Source: Polaribacter sp. (GTDB lineage Bacteria; Bacteroidota; Bacteroidia; Flavobacteriales; Flavobacteriaceae). From it: 64,000 bases of DNA. The translations under genes were made by a program, and so were the position numbers. Below, in pieces: positions 10,293-19,172 of this stretch. The DNA lies in the NCBI GenBank assembly GCA_042091715.1, contig JBELGW010000009.1:5270-69269 (forward strand), read 5' to 3'. The stretch's first letter is position 1. Each line of letters opens with the position of its first letter. Under the pieces are notes generated by a model, which saw only the letters and a program-made list of their open reading frames with translations, ran no database searches and was not told the DNA's origin.

Positions 10293-11525
10293 TTATAAAT
10301 CGTATTGTTTAATTTTGCGATACAATGTTCTTTCGGATATGCCAAGTTCTTGTGCAGCAAGTTTTCTTTTATTATTGTTTTTTTCTAGAGACTTTTTAAT
10401 CATTTCAACTTCTTTCTCTTGTAAAGATAGTGATTCATCTTCTTCAATAGGTTCAATATAGTCGTACGTGTTTTGATCCTCTATGGCATTTGCTTCAGGT
10501 ATTTTCACAACTTCAATATTGCCTGAATCTGTTGGTCTTTGTTCTTGGTATATTTTTTCTATCAGTTGGTGGTTCTCTTCTTTTATCTCGTCAATGTTAC
10601 CCGTTTTCATAATGTCTAACGTGAGCTTTTTTAGGTCATTGATGTCATTGCGCATGTCAAAAAGAATTTTGTACATGATGTCGCGTTCATTGGCAAAGTC
10701 TGTCTGCGTGTTATTGCCAATAACCGCTGGTAGATTTTTGCGATTGTTTGGTATGTATTCAATGAGTTTTTCAGGGGCAATCAATCTGTTTTCCTCGACC
10801 ACAGAGATCTGTTCTGCAATATTGCGTAATTGTCTAATATTACCAGGAAATCGGTAGCTCTCTAGCACATGAACAGCAGGTTCGGTTAATCGAATCGTTG
10901 GCATATTATATTTTTGAGCAAAATCGGCCGAAAATTTTCGAAACAGCAAATGAATGTCTTCTTTTCGCTCTCTCAAAGGAGGAAGAGAAATTTCAATGGT
11001 ACTCAAGCGATAATACAGGTCTTCTCTAAATTTACCTTTTTGTATGGCACTAGTCATTTCAAGATTCGTAGCAGCGGCAATTCTTACATTGGTTTTTTGG
11101 ACCTGAGAAGAACCAACTTTTATAAATTCGCCGTTTTCTAATACACGCAGCAGTCGCACCTGTGTGGTCAAGGGGAGTTCTCCAACTTCATCTAAAAAAA
11201 TAGTACCTCCGTCTGCAACTTCGAAATATCCTTTTCTAGTGGATGTAGCTCCGGTAAAAGCTCCTTTTTCATGACCAAATAACTCACTATCTATGGTTCC
11301 TTCTGGAATTGCGCCGCAGTTTACGGCAATGTATTTTGCGTGTTTTCTATGCGATAACTGATGTATGATTTTTGGAATATTTTCCTTACCAACACCACTC
11401 TCTCCTGTAACGAGCACAGAAATGTCTGTAGGGGCTACGCGTATCGCTTTCTCTAAAGCTCTATTTAAAAGCGTGTCATTTCCTATAATTCCAAAGCGCT
11501 GTTTTATGACTTGTAAATTTTCCAT
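10293..11525 (-). CDS. Sigma54-dependent enhancer-binding protein (AAA+ and Fis HTH, no N-terminal sensor domain)
   Basis: GESGVGKE, ELFGHEKGAFTGA, FLDEVGE, FREDLYYRL, FPGNIRQL and C-terminal AAQELGISERTLYRKIK. Confidence 0.95.
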   Translation of the reverse strand: MENLQVIKQRFGIIGNDTLLNRALEKAIRVAPTDISVLVTGESGVGKENIPKIIHQLSHRKHAKYIAVNCGAIPEGTIDSELFGHEKGAFTGATSTRKGYFEVADGGTIFLDEVGELPLTTQVRLLRVLENGEFIKVGSSQVQKTNVRIAAATNLEMTSAIQKGKFREDLYYRLSTIEISLPPLRERKEDIHLLFRKFSADFAQKYNMPTIRLTEPAVHVLESYRFPGNIRQLRNIAEQISVVEENRLIAPEKLIEYIPNNRKNLPAVIGNNTQTDFANERDIMYKILFDMRNDINDLKKLTLDIMKTGNIDEIKEENHQLIEKIYQEQRPTDSGNIEVVKIPEANAIEDQNTYDYIEPIEEDESLSLQEKEVEMIKKSLEKNNNKRKLAAQELGISERTLYRKIKQYDL

Positions 11526-11623
11526 TTGTATGTGGTTCCACTCGTTTAAAGTTCGAGCATTTTTAAAAGATAAAAAGCAACGCCTATTTCGCTTTTTATC
11601 AGCCCAGTGCTCTCGTAATCAAT

Positions 11624-13078
11624 TTAATTATTTTCAGAATAACCAACAGCAGTTCCTTTCAATGTTGCAGAAGTACAGTCTTCCACTTTCACGTCCACAA
11701 AATCTCCTACTTTGTAGTGTTCTTTTGGAAAAACAATTACCATGTTTTGTGTATTCCTAGCTTTCCAATGTAATGTCGATTTTTTTGATTCACCTTCAAT
11801 TAAAAATTCTTCCGTCTTGCCAAGATGCTGTTGCGTTCTATATAAACTATGGGATCTTTGTAATTGAATCACTTCGGCGAGCCTTCTTTTCTTTACCTCT
11901 TCTGGCACATCGTCTTCCATCTTTTTAGCAGCCAATGTTCCCGGTCTTTCCGAATAAGCAAACATATATCCGTAATCATATTTGACATACTCCATAAGAC
12001 TAAGTGTATCTTGATGATCTTGTTCTGTTTCTCCACAGAAGCCTATGATCATATCCTGAGATAGAGACATTTCCGGAATAATTCTAAGAATGTTGTCTAT
12101 CAGTTCCATGTACTCCTCTCTTGTGTGTTGTCTATTCATCGCTTTCAACATGCGCGAACTTCCGCTTTGTACAGGCAGGTGCAGGTATTTGCAAATATTT
12201 CGATGCTTTGCCATAACGTGAATTACATCTAAACTCATGTCTTGAGGGTTCGATGTAGAAAAGCGAAAACGCATTTTTGGAAAGCGAATGGCTGCCATGT
12301 CTAATAATTGTGCAAAATCTACGGCTGTTGCTTTTGCGATATCCGACGCCTTTTTAAAGTCTTTCTTTAGGCCTCCACCATACCACAAATAGCTGTCTAC
12401 ATTTTGACCAAGTAGTGTAATTTCTTTATAATTCTGGTCATGCATGTTTTGTATTTCCTCTAAAATACTTTTTGGGTCTCTACTGCGTTCTCTTCCTCTT
12501 GTAAAAGGAACCACACAAAAGGTGCACATGTTATCACAACCACGAGTAATTGATACAAATGCAGAAACACCGTTGTTGTTTAGTCTAACAGGAGATACAT
12601 CTCCGTAGGTTTCGTCTTTCGACAAAATTACATTCACAGCGTCTCTACCCGCGTCTATTTCCTCTAGTAGGTTTGGTAAATCTCTGTATGCATCGGGTCC
12701 AACAACTAAATCTACAATTTTTTCTTCTTCTAAAAACTTTTCTTTTAGTCGTTCTGCCATGCATCCCAATACACCAACTTTCATTTTTGGATTGGTCTTT
12801 TTAACCGCATTGTACTTCTCTAAGCGTTTCCGAACTGTTAGCTCCGCCTTCTCCCGAATAGAGCATGTATTTACCAATACTAAATCTGCTTCTTCCAAAA
12901 GTTGTGTCGTATTAAACCCTTCTTCTGCAAGTATTGAGGCTACAATTTCACTGTCGTTCATGTTCATCTGACAGCCATAGCTTTCTATAAAAAGTTTTTT
13001 TCTGTTTTCAGGGTTGTTTTCTTTTACAAGCGCTTTCCCCTGCAAATCTTCATCTATAACCTTATCTATGTGTTCCAT
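11624..13078 (-). CDS. miaB: tRNA-i6A37 methylthiotransferase MiaB
   Basis: ESYGCQMN, NTCSIREKAE, radical SAM GCDNMCTFCVVP and C-terminal TRAM domain. Start set at MEHIDK (or 13084) because a -7 element sits at 13100. Confidence 0.97.
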   Translation of the reverse strand: MEHIDKVIDEDLQGKALVKENNPENRKKLFIESYGCQMNMNDSEIVASILAEEGFNTTQLLEEADLVLVNTCSIREKAELTVRKRLEKYNAVKKTNPKMKVGVLGCMAERLKEKFLEEEKIVDLVVGPDAYRDLPNLLEEIDAGRDAVNVILSKDETYGDVSPVRLNNNGVSAFVSITRGCDNMCTFCVVPFTRGRERSRDPKSILEEIQNMHDQNYKEITLLGQNVDSYLWYGGGLKKDFKKASDIAKATAVDFAQLLDMAAIRFPKMRFRFSTSNPQDMSLDVIHVMAKHRNICKYLHLPVQSGSSRMLKAMNRQHTREEYMELIDNILRIIPEMSLSQDMIIGFCGETEQDHQDTLSLMEYVKYDYGYMFAYSERPGTLAAKKMEDDVPEEVKKRRLAEVIQLQRSHSLYRTQQHLGKTEEFLIEGESKKSTLHWKARNTQNMVIVFPKEHYKVGDFVDVKVEDCTSATLKGTAVGYSENN

Positions 13079-13099
13079 ATCCATAATCAAAATCTGTGG

Positions 13100-13107
13100 C
13101 AAATATA
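13100..13107 (-). promoter_or_regulatory. -7 element (TATATTTG) for miaB
   Basis: TAnnTTTG about 20 nt upstream of the start. Confidence 0.6.
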
Positions 13108-13193
13108 CAACCAAATTCTCTATTTTGTGACAGATTGGCAGAAATTTAACGGTCGCGTATCGGTTTAAATACCCCTAAAAATGGGCTTAAAGA

Positions 13194-13223
13194 TTTGAGA
13201 TAAAAAAAAACTTCCTACTTTTG
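13194..13223 (+). promoter_or_regulatory. -33/-7 promoter for topA
   Basis: TTTG (13194) - N18 - TACTTTTG (13216), matching the Bacteroidetes consensus. Confidence 0.65.
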
Positions 13224-13278
13224 CAATCGAGAGTCGCCTTATTTACAAAAGGTGTAATGAGTTCAATTGAGAAGATTT

Positions 13279-15792
13279 ATGGCAAAGAATTTAGTAATAG
13301 TAGAGTCACCAGCAAAGGCAAAGACAATAGAGAAATTTCTGGGAAAAGATTTTCAAGTAGAGTCTAGTTTTGGGCATATCGCAGATTTGCCATCCAAAGA
13401 ATTAGGAATCGATGTAGATGGTAATTTCATGCCAGATTACATTGTTTCTGATGATAAGAAAGCAGTGGTAAAGAAGTTGAAAACCCTTGCTAAAAAGGCA
13501 GATGTTGTTTGGTTAGCAAGTGATGAAGATCGAGAAGGAGAAGCGATTGCATGGCACTTAAAAGAACAGTTAAAGTTAACCGAAGAAAATACAAAACGTA
13601 TTGTTTTTCATGAGATTACAAAGAAGGCCATATTAAAAGCTGTAGACAATCCAAGAGATATTAACTACAACATGGTCAATGCCCAACAAGCTCGAAGGGT
13701 GTTGGATCGTCTGGTTGGTTACGAATTGTCTCCGGTATTATGGAGAAAAGTAAAAGGAGGGCTGTCTGCAGGTAGAGTACAATCTGTTGCTGTTCGTTTG
13801 CTTGTAGAAAGAGAACGAAGTATTCAGGAATTTAAAACAACGGCAAGTTACAAGGTTGTTGCTCAGTTTTCAAATTCACAAAGCAAAACATTTAAGGCTG
13901 CGATACCAAAGAGTTTTGAGACGAGAGAAGCGGCAGAGCAATTTCTGAAATCATGTGCAGCAGCTGACTTTAGTATTGCAGATTTGCAGAAAAAACCAGC
14001 TAAAAAATCCCCAGCAGCACCATTTACAACCTCCACATTACAGCAAGAGGCGTCAAGGAAATTAGGATTTCCTGTTGGGAAAACAATGCAAGTTGCTCAG
14101 CGGTTGTATGAGGCTGGTTTGATTACCTATATGAGAACTGATAGTTTAAATTTATCAGAAGATGCAAGAACCGCAGCTCAAGAGGAAATTACAGCGAGTT
14201 ATGGCGCAGTATATAGCCATCCAAGAGTTTTTAAGACCAAAAATAAAGGCGCTCAAGAAGCACATGAGGCCATTAGACCAACAGAAATGAAGCGTCACTC
14301 TGTGCAGGTAGAATATGATCAGGACCGCTTGTATGATTTAATTTGGAAAAGAACGGTGGCATCTCAAATGAGTGATGCTCAATTAGAGCGAACCAATGTA
14401 AAAGTTGCCAATACTAAAAATGATAAAATCTTTACGGCAAACGGAGAAATGATTCAGTTTGACGGGTTTTTAAAAGTATATTTAGAAGGAGTAGATAATG
14501 ATGACGAAGAGCAGGCCGGAATGCTGCCCAACCTTCAGATTGGGGAAGGATTGTTGTATGAGATGATGACGGCAACACAACGTTTTACAAGTCCGCCTTA
14601 TCGATTTACAGAGGCTTCTCTCGTAAAAAAACTAGAAGAATTAGGTATTGGAAGGCCTTCTACATATGCACCAACAATTTCTACAGTACAACGAAGAGGT
14701 TATGTAGAAAAAGGAGAAACCGAGGGAGTTGAGAGAAGTTATGAGCAATTTCAATTAAAGGCAGGAACTGTGGTGAGCAAGTCTTTATCCGAAAAAACAG
14801 GCTCAGACAAAGGGAAGTTGATTCCTACCGATATTGGCAATATTGTGACTGATTTTTTAGTGGCTAACTTTTCGAATATTTTAGATTTTGGTTTTACGGC
14901 AAAGGTAGAGTCATCTTTTGATGATATTTCTGAAGGAGCAGAAGATTGGATTGAGATGATCAAAGGTTTTTATAATGAATTTCATCCAACAGTAACCTTT
15001 GTTTCTGAAAATGCGGAAAGAGAAAGTGGTGAGCGAATTCTTGGAAAGCATCCAGAAACAGGAAAGACCGTGCTTGTACGTCTTGGTAAATTTGGAGCTA
15101 TGGCCCAAATTGGTGACCGAGATGATGAAGAGAAATTGTTTGCCAGTTTGCAGCGAGATCAAAACCTAGGGACCATTTCCTTAGAAGAAGCCTTAGAGCT
15201 GTTTTTACTACCAAAAACACTCGGGAGCTACGAGTCGGAAGAAGTGATTGTCTCCAACGGAAGGTTTGGTCCTTATATTAAGTTTGGAACCATGTATGTT
15301 TCCCTTGATAAAGGCGAGAATCCTATGGAGGTTGATTTGGAAAGAGCAACAGCGCTTATTGTGGCTAAACAAAAAGCAGATGCTCCAATAGCAACCTACG
15401 AAGATTTACCAGTGCAGAAAGGTGTTGGACGTTTTGGCCCATTTATCAAGTGGAATGGAATGTTTATCAATGTGAATAAAAAATACGATTACGATCACTT
15501 GACCTTTGAGGATATTACAACGCTTATAGAGGATAAAAAACGCAAAGAAATCGAAAAGGTTATTCATAACTGGGAAGAGGCTGGAATTCGTGTTGAAAAA
15601 GCACGTTGGGGTAGGTTCAATATCCTGAAAGGGAAAATCAAGATTGAAATGCCGAAAACAACCAATGCACAAGAATTAACATTGGAAGAGGTTGAGCAAA
15701 TCATAGAGGCAAAGGCGCCCAAAAAGAAAGCACCCAAAAAGAAAGCACCCAAGAAAAAGCCTACAGCAAAAAGAACAACTAAAAAAAAATAA
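13279..15792 (+). CDS. topA: DNA topoisomerase I
   Basis: NLVIVESPAKAKTI, ASDEDREGEAI, SAGRVQS, ITYMRTDS, AQEAHEAIRPT, Toprim_C repeats and a Lys-rich tail. Confidence 0.98.
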   Translation: MAKNLVIVESPAKAKTIEKFLGKDFQVESSFGHIADLPSKELGIDVDGNFMPDYIVSDDKKAVVKKLKTLAKKADVVWLASDEDREGEAIAWHLKEQLKLTEENTKRIVFHEITKKAILKAVDNPRDINYNMVNAQQARRVLDRLVGYELSPVLWRKVKGGLSAGRVQSVAVRLLVERERSIQEFKTTASYKVVAQFSNSQSKTFKAAIPKSFETREAAEQFLKSCAAADFSIADLQKKPAKKSPAAPFTTSTLQQEASRKLGFPVGKTMQVAQRLYEAGLITYMRTDSLNLSEDARTAAQEEITASYGAVYSHPRVFKTKNKGAQEAHEAIRPTEMKRHSVQVEYDQDRLYDLIWKRTVASQMSDAQLERTNVKVANTKNDKIFTANGEMIQFDGFLKVYLEGVDNDDEEQAGMLPNLQIGEGLLYEMMTATQRFTSPPYRFTEASLVKKLEELGIGRPSTYAPTISTVQRRGYVEKGETEGVERSYEQFQLKAGTVVSKSLSEKTGSDKGKLIPTDIGNIVTDFLVANFSNILDFGFTAKVESSFDDISEGAEDWIEMIKGFYNEFHPTVTFVSENAERESGERILGKHPETGKTVLVRLGKFGAMAQIGDRDDEEKLFASLQRDQNLGTISLEEALELFLLPKTLGSYESEEVIVSNGRFGPYIKFGTMYVSLDKGENPMEVDLERATALIVAKQKADAPIATYEDLPVQKGVGRFGPFIKWNGMFINVNKKYDYDHLTFEDITTLIEDKKRKEIEKVIHNWEEAGIRVEKARWGRFNILKGKIKIEMPKTTNAQELTLEEVEQIIEAKAPKKKAPKKKAPKKKPTAKRTTKKK
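15715..15759 (+). repeat. 3 x 15-bp tandem repeat encoding (APKKK)3 in the TopA tail
   Basis: gcgcccaaaaagaaa / gcacccaaaaagaaa / gcacccaagaaaaag. Confidence 0.85.
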
Positions 15793-15826
15793 GAATTGAC
15801 GATTCTTATAAAGCTATAAAAAGTAC

Positions 15827-16987
15827 ATGAGTTTTGATTTTTTAACACCGATAAAAGATACGATTATCGCGCATTTGGTGCTGCAGCCTTCGCAAAGCTT
15901 AGGTTGCAATATAGCAGTACATTCAATACAAAACGGTTTTCCCGACCTTGAAGATATTCAAGTGGCTATTTTTGGTGTTTTAGAAGATCGAAATGCAGAA
16001 GATAACTTGGGTTGTGGTGAAAGCTTAGATGCAATTCGTACCCATCTGTATCAGTTGTTTCCTGGCAATTGGCATACAAATATTGCAGATCTTGGAGATA
16101 TACAAAAAGGAAATACGATTGAGGATACTCATTTTGCTGTTACAACATTAATTACAGCATTGTTAAAGAAAAATATCATACCTGTGGTGCTTGGTGGAGG
16201 TCAAGATATTACTTATGCCAATTACAGAGCATATGATGCACTGGAGCAAACTGTAAATCTCGTTTCTGTTGATAGTAAGTTTGATATCGGTACTTCAGAG
16301 TCAGCATTGAATTCTCGTTCCTATCTAAGTAAGATTGTCATGGATCAGCCCAATAACTTGTTCAACTTTAGCAATATTGGGTATCAGACGTATTACAATT
16401 CTCAAGAAGAGTTAGATTTATTGAATAGTTTATTTTTCGATGCTTTTCGTTTAGGAGAAGTAAAGGACTTGACAAAAGTGGAACCCATCATGAGAGATGC
16501 AGATATGGTGAGTATCGATATCGGCGCGATTCGACAAAGTGATGCTCCTGCGAATGGTAATTGCTCTCCAAACGGATTTTATGGAGAAGATCTTTGTGCT
16601 ATTTCAAGATATGCGGGCATCAGTGATAAAGTATCTTCCTTCGGTATTTATGAGTACAATCCAAGGTATGATGTGAACAAACAAACGGCACATCTTATAG
16701 CGCAAGTGATTTGGTATTTTATTGAGGGTGTTAACTTTAGGGCGAACGATTACCCTTTTTCTTCAAAAGAGAGCTATCAGAAATTCATTGTTCTGCAAGA
16801 GAATGATGCTCCGATAAACTTTTATAAAAGTGATAAAAGTGGCAGATGGTGGATGGAGATTAATATATTTACAAATAATAAATACAAAAGACATGCGTTA
16901 ATACCATGTACCTACCAAGATTATTTGGAAGCAACAGCACAAAAAATACCAGAACGATGGTATAAAGCACAAAGGAAATTAATGTAA
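15827..16987 (+). CDS. Arginase/formimidoylglutamase-fold protein with degenerate metal site and C-terminal extension
   Basis: IADLGDI, PVVLGGGQD, VDSKFD, SIDIG, SPNGF, IYEYNP follow the ureohydrolase layout, but three metal ligands are substituted. Confidence 0.8.
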   Translation: MSFDFLTPIKDTIIAHLVLQPSQSLGCNIAVHSIQNGFPDLEDIQVAIFGVLEDRNAEDNLGCGESLDAIRTHLYQLFPGNWHTNIADLGDIQKGNTIEDTHFAVTTLITALLKKNIIPVVLGGGQDITYANYRAYDALEQTVNLVSVDSKFDIGTSESALNSRSYLSKIVMDQPNNLFNFSNIGYQTYYNSQEELDLLNSLFFDAFRLGEVKDLTKVEPIMRDADMVSIDIGAIRQSDAPANGNCSPNGFYGEDLCAISRYAGISDKVSSFGIYEYNPRYDVNKQTAHLIAQVIWYFIEGVNFRANDYPFSSKESYQKFIVLQENDAPINFYKSDKSGRWWMEINIFTNNKYKRHALIPCTYQDYLEATAQKIPERWYKAQRKLM

Positions 16988-17093
16988 AAAGTTAAATTAA
17001 CTTATTGATAAGATTTAAAGTAATGAAAAGGATTGTTTTTTATCAAAAAAAAGAATAAGTTTACACTTTTTGTGGATAAGATTAAAAATTTAT

Positions 17094-18479
17094 ATGAGAA
17101 GAGTAGCTTTATTTGCACTTATACTAACCATGCTTAATAGCTGTGGTTCTAACGACAGAGGAGAATTAATAGGTGTAAGTTCTAAGAGGCAATGGTTTGC
17201 CGAAAAACCAACAGGAATGGCCTTAATTCCCGGGGGGTCCTTTACCATGGGTAAGCAAGATGAGGACATGGTAGGGACGTTAAGTGCCCCTACAAGAACT
17301 GTAACCGTTCGACCATATTACATGGATGAAACAGAGGTTACCAATAGCGAATATAAGCAGTTCGTTCTTTACGTGAAAGATTCTGTGGTGCGAACAAGGC
17401 TAGCATTTAAAGCAGATGAAGGACAACTATTGTCTGATGGAAATGCAGACGGAACACCGCTAACAGGTGGAATTTACGATTTTGCCTTCGCATCCGTAGA
17501 TACAACAGATGCAACTCCGTATTACAAATACATGTACGAAAACTATTACGATATCGGTGGAGGTCTAGATTCATTGAAGCCGTTGAATAAAGAAGTGGAT
17601 GTAATATGGGAAGTTAATGACTATCCAGATGCTGACTATGTAGAGGTGATGGATTCATTATATATCAAAAAACATGAGTCTGTAGATGGTAATAGAAGTT
17701 TCAATAAAAAATATTTAAACTACAAGTATACTTGGTTTGATAGAACTGCAGCAGCAAGAAAAGGAGGAGATCGAAGGGAGTTTTTGCGTACAGAAATTCT
17801 CAATGTATATCCCGATACAACGGTATGGGTAAAGGATTTTTCATACTCTTATAACGATCCGATGCACCAAGATTATTTTTCTCACCAAGCCTATGGAGAT
17901 TATCCTGTTGTTGGAGTAAATTGGCATCAGGCAGAGGCGTTTTGTAATTGGAGAACGAAGAATAAAAACGATTACCTAAAAACAAGAAAAAAATTAAATA
18001 CAGTTCCTAGTTTCAGACTTCCTACGGAGGCAGAATGGGAATATGCAGCTCGAGGTGGATTAGAGTTTGCCAAATACCCATGGGGAGGTCCAAATACAAC
18101 AAGTGATCGAGGCTGTTTTTTAGCAAATTTTAAACCGGTAAGAGGAAACTATGCCGTGGACGGAGCCCTCTACACGATGGAGGCGAAATCCTTCAATGCA
18201 AATGATTTCGGTCTCTATAATATGTCAGGAAACGTGTCTGAATGGACAAGTTCTTCCTACAATATGTCATCCTACTACATGGGGTCAACCTTGAATCCAA
18301 ATGTAGAAGATAGAGATAATAAAAGAAAAATCACTCGTGGAGGCTCTTGGAAAGATGTTGCATACTTCTTAGAAGTAGGCTCTAGAGATTATGAATATGC
18401 GGATACAGCAAGAAGCTACATCGGTTTTAGAACAGTACAAGATTATCTTGGAACGATAAATGGAAAACTAACAAATTAA
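17094..18479 (+). CDS. gldK: Gliding motility / T9SS lipoprotein GldK
   Basis: Lipobox LNSC-GSNDRGELIGV and FGE-sulfatase-like domain (FRLPTEAEWEYAARGG, NDFGLYNMSGNVSEW); first gene of the KLMN run. Confidence 0.95.
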   Translation: MRRVALFALILTMLNSCGSNDRGELIGVSSKRQWFAEKPTGMALIPGGSFTMGKQDEDMVGTLSAPTRTVTVRPYYMDETEVTNSEYKQFVLYVKDSVVRTRLAFKADEGQLLSDGNADGTPLTGGIYDFAFASVDTTDATPYYKYMYENYYDIGGGLDSLKPLNKEVDVIWEVNDYPDADYVEVMDSLYIKKHESVDGNRSFNKKYLNYKYTWFDRTAAARKGGDRREFLRTEILNVYPDTTVWVKDFSYSYNDPMHQDYFSHQAYGDYPVVGVNWHQAEAFCNWRTKNKNDYLKTRKKLNTVPSFRLPTEAEWEYAARGGLEFAKYPWGGPNTTSDRGCFLANFKPVRGNYAVDGALYTMEAKSFNANDFGLYNMSGNVSEWTSSSYNMSSYYMGSTLNPNVEDRDNKRKITRGGSWKDVAYFLEVGSRDYEYADTARSYIGFRTVQDYLGTINGKLTN

Positions 18480-18510
18480 AATCACTAATCCCTAAAAAAA
18501 AAAAAAAAGT

Positions 18511-19137
18511 ATGGCACAGTCAAAGAAAAGTAAGAAAATAATGAATATGGTATACGGTCTTGGAGCCGCAATTGTAATTATTGGAGCCCTCTTCAAAATT
18601 CAGCACATCTCTTATGGTTTCCTAACCGGTGGAGTGATGCTTTCCGCTGGTTTAATTGTAGAAGCAATTGTTTTTGCGATCTCTGCGTTTGAACCCGTTG
18701 ATGAAGATTTAGATTGGACCAAAGTATATCCAGAATTGGGAGATGCAAAGCATCAGGCAGAAGGACCCGGTGGTATGTTATCTCAAAAATTAGACGCGAT
18801 GTTGCAAGAAGCAGAGTTAGATGGAGCTTTGATTGCAAGCTTGGGTGATAGTATTAAAAATTTCGAGGGAGCTGCACAAGGACTCTCATCAATGACTCAA
18901 ACAATATCATCTACGAATAGTTACAATGAACAAATGTCATTGGCGTCAACCCAAATGGAATCGCTGAATGGTTTGTATCAGGTGCAAATGGAAAATGCAA
19001 ACAGACAAGCTGCATTGAATACTTCTATGGTAGAAAATTCAGAAAAATTAAAAGAGCAAATGGAAGTGTTGTCAAGAAATATGTCTTCTTTGAACGGAGT
19101 TTATGGAGGAATGCTTTCAGCAATGTCAAGTAAATAA
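18511..19137 (+). CDS. gldL: Gliding motility / T9SS motor protein GldL
   Basis: MNMVYGLGAAIVIIGALFKIQH, LIVEAIVFAISAFEP, DWTKVYPEL; ends YGGMLSAMS. Confidence 0.97.
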   Translation: MAQSKKSKKIMNMVYGLGAAIVIIGALFKIQHISYGFLTGGVMLSAGLIVEAIVFAISAFEPVDEDLDWTKVYPELGDAKHQAEGPGGMLSQKLDAMLQEAELDGALIASLGDSIKNFEGAAQGLSSMTQTISSTNSYNEQMSLASTQMESLNGLYQVQMENANRQAALNTSMVENSEKLKEQMEVLSRNMSSLNGVYGGMLSAMSSK

Positions 19138-19172
19138 TTAGGAATTATGTATAACTTAAAAACTAATTAGAT

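Noticed and set aside
15715-15790. Lys/Ala/Pro-rich repeat tail of TopA
   Set aside because: Basic low-complexity tails are a known feature of bacterial topoisomerase I; listed as a repeat but not novel.
17094-18479. Formylglycine-generating enzyme-like domain suggesting sulfatase maturation
   Set aside because: This domain is the normal fold of GldK, and the gldLMN context settles the call.
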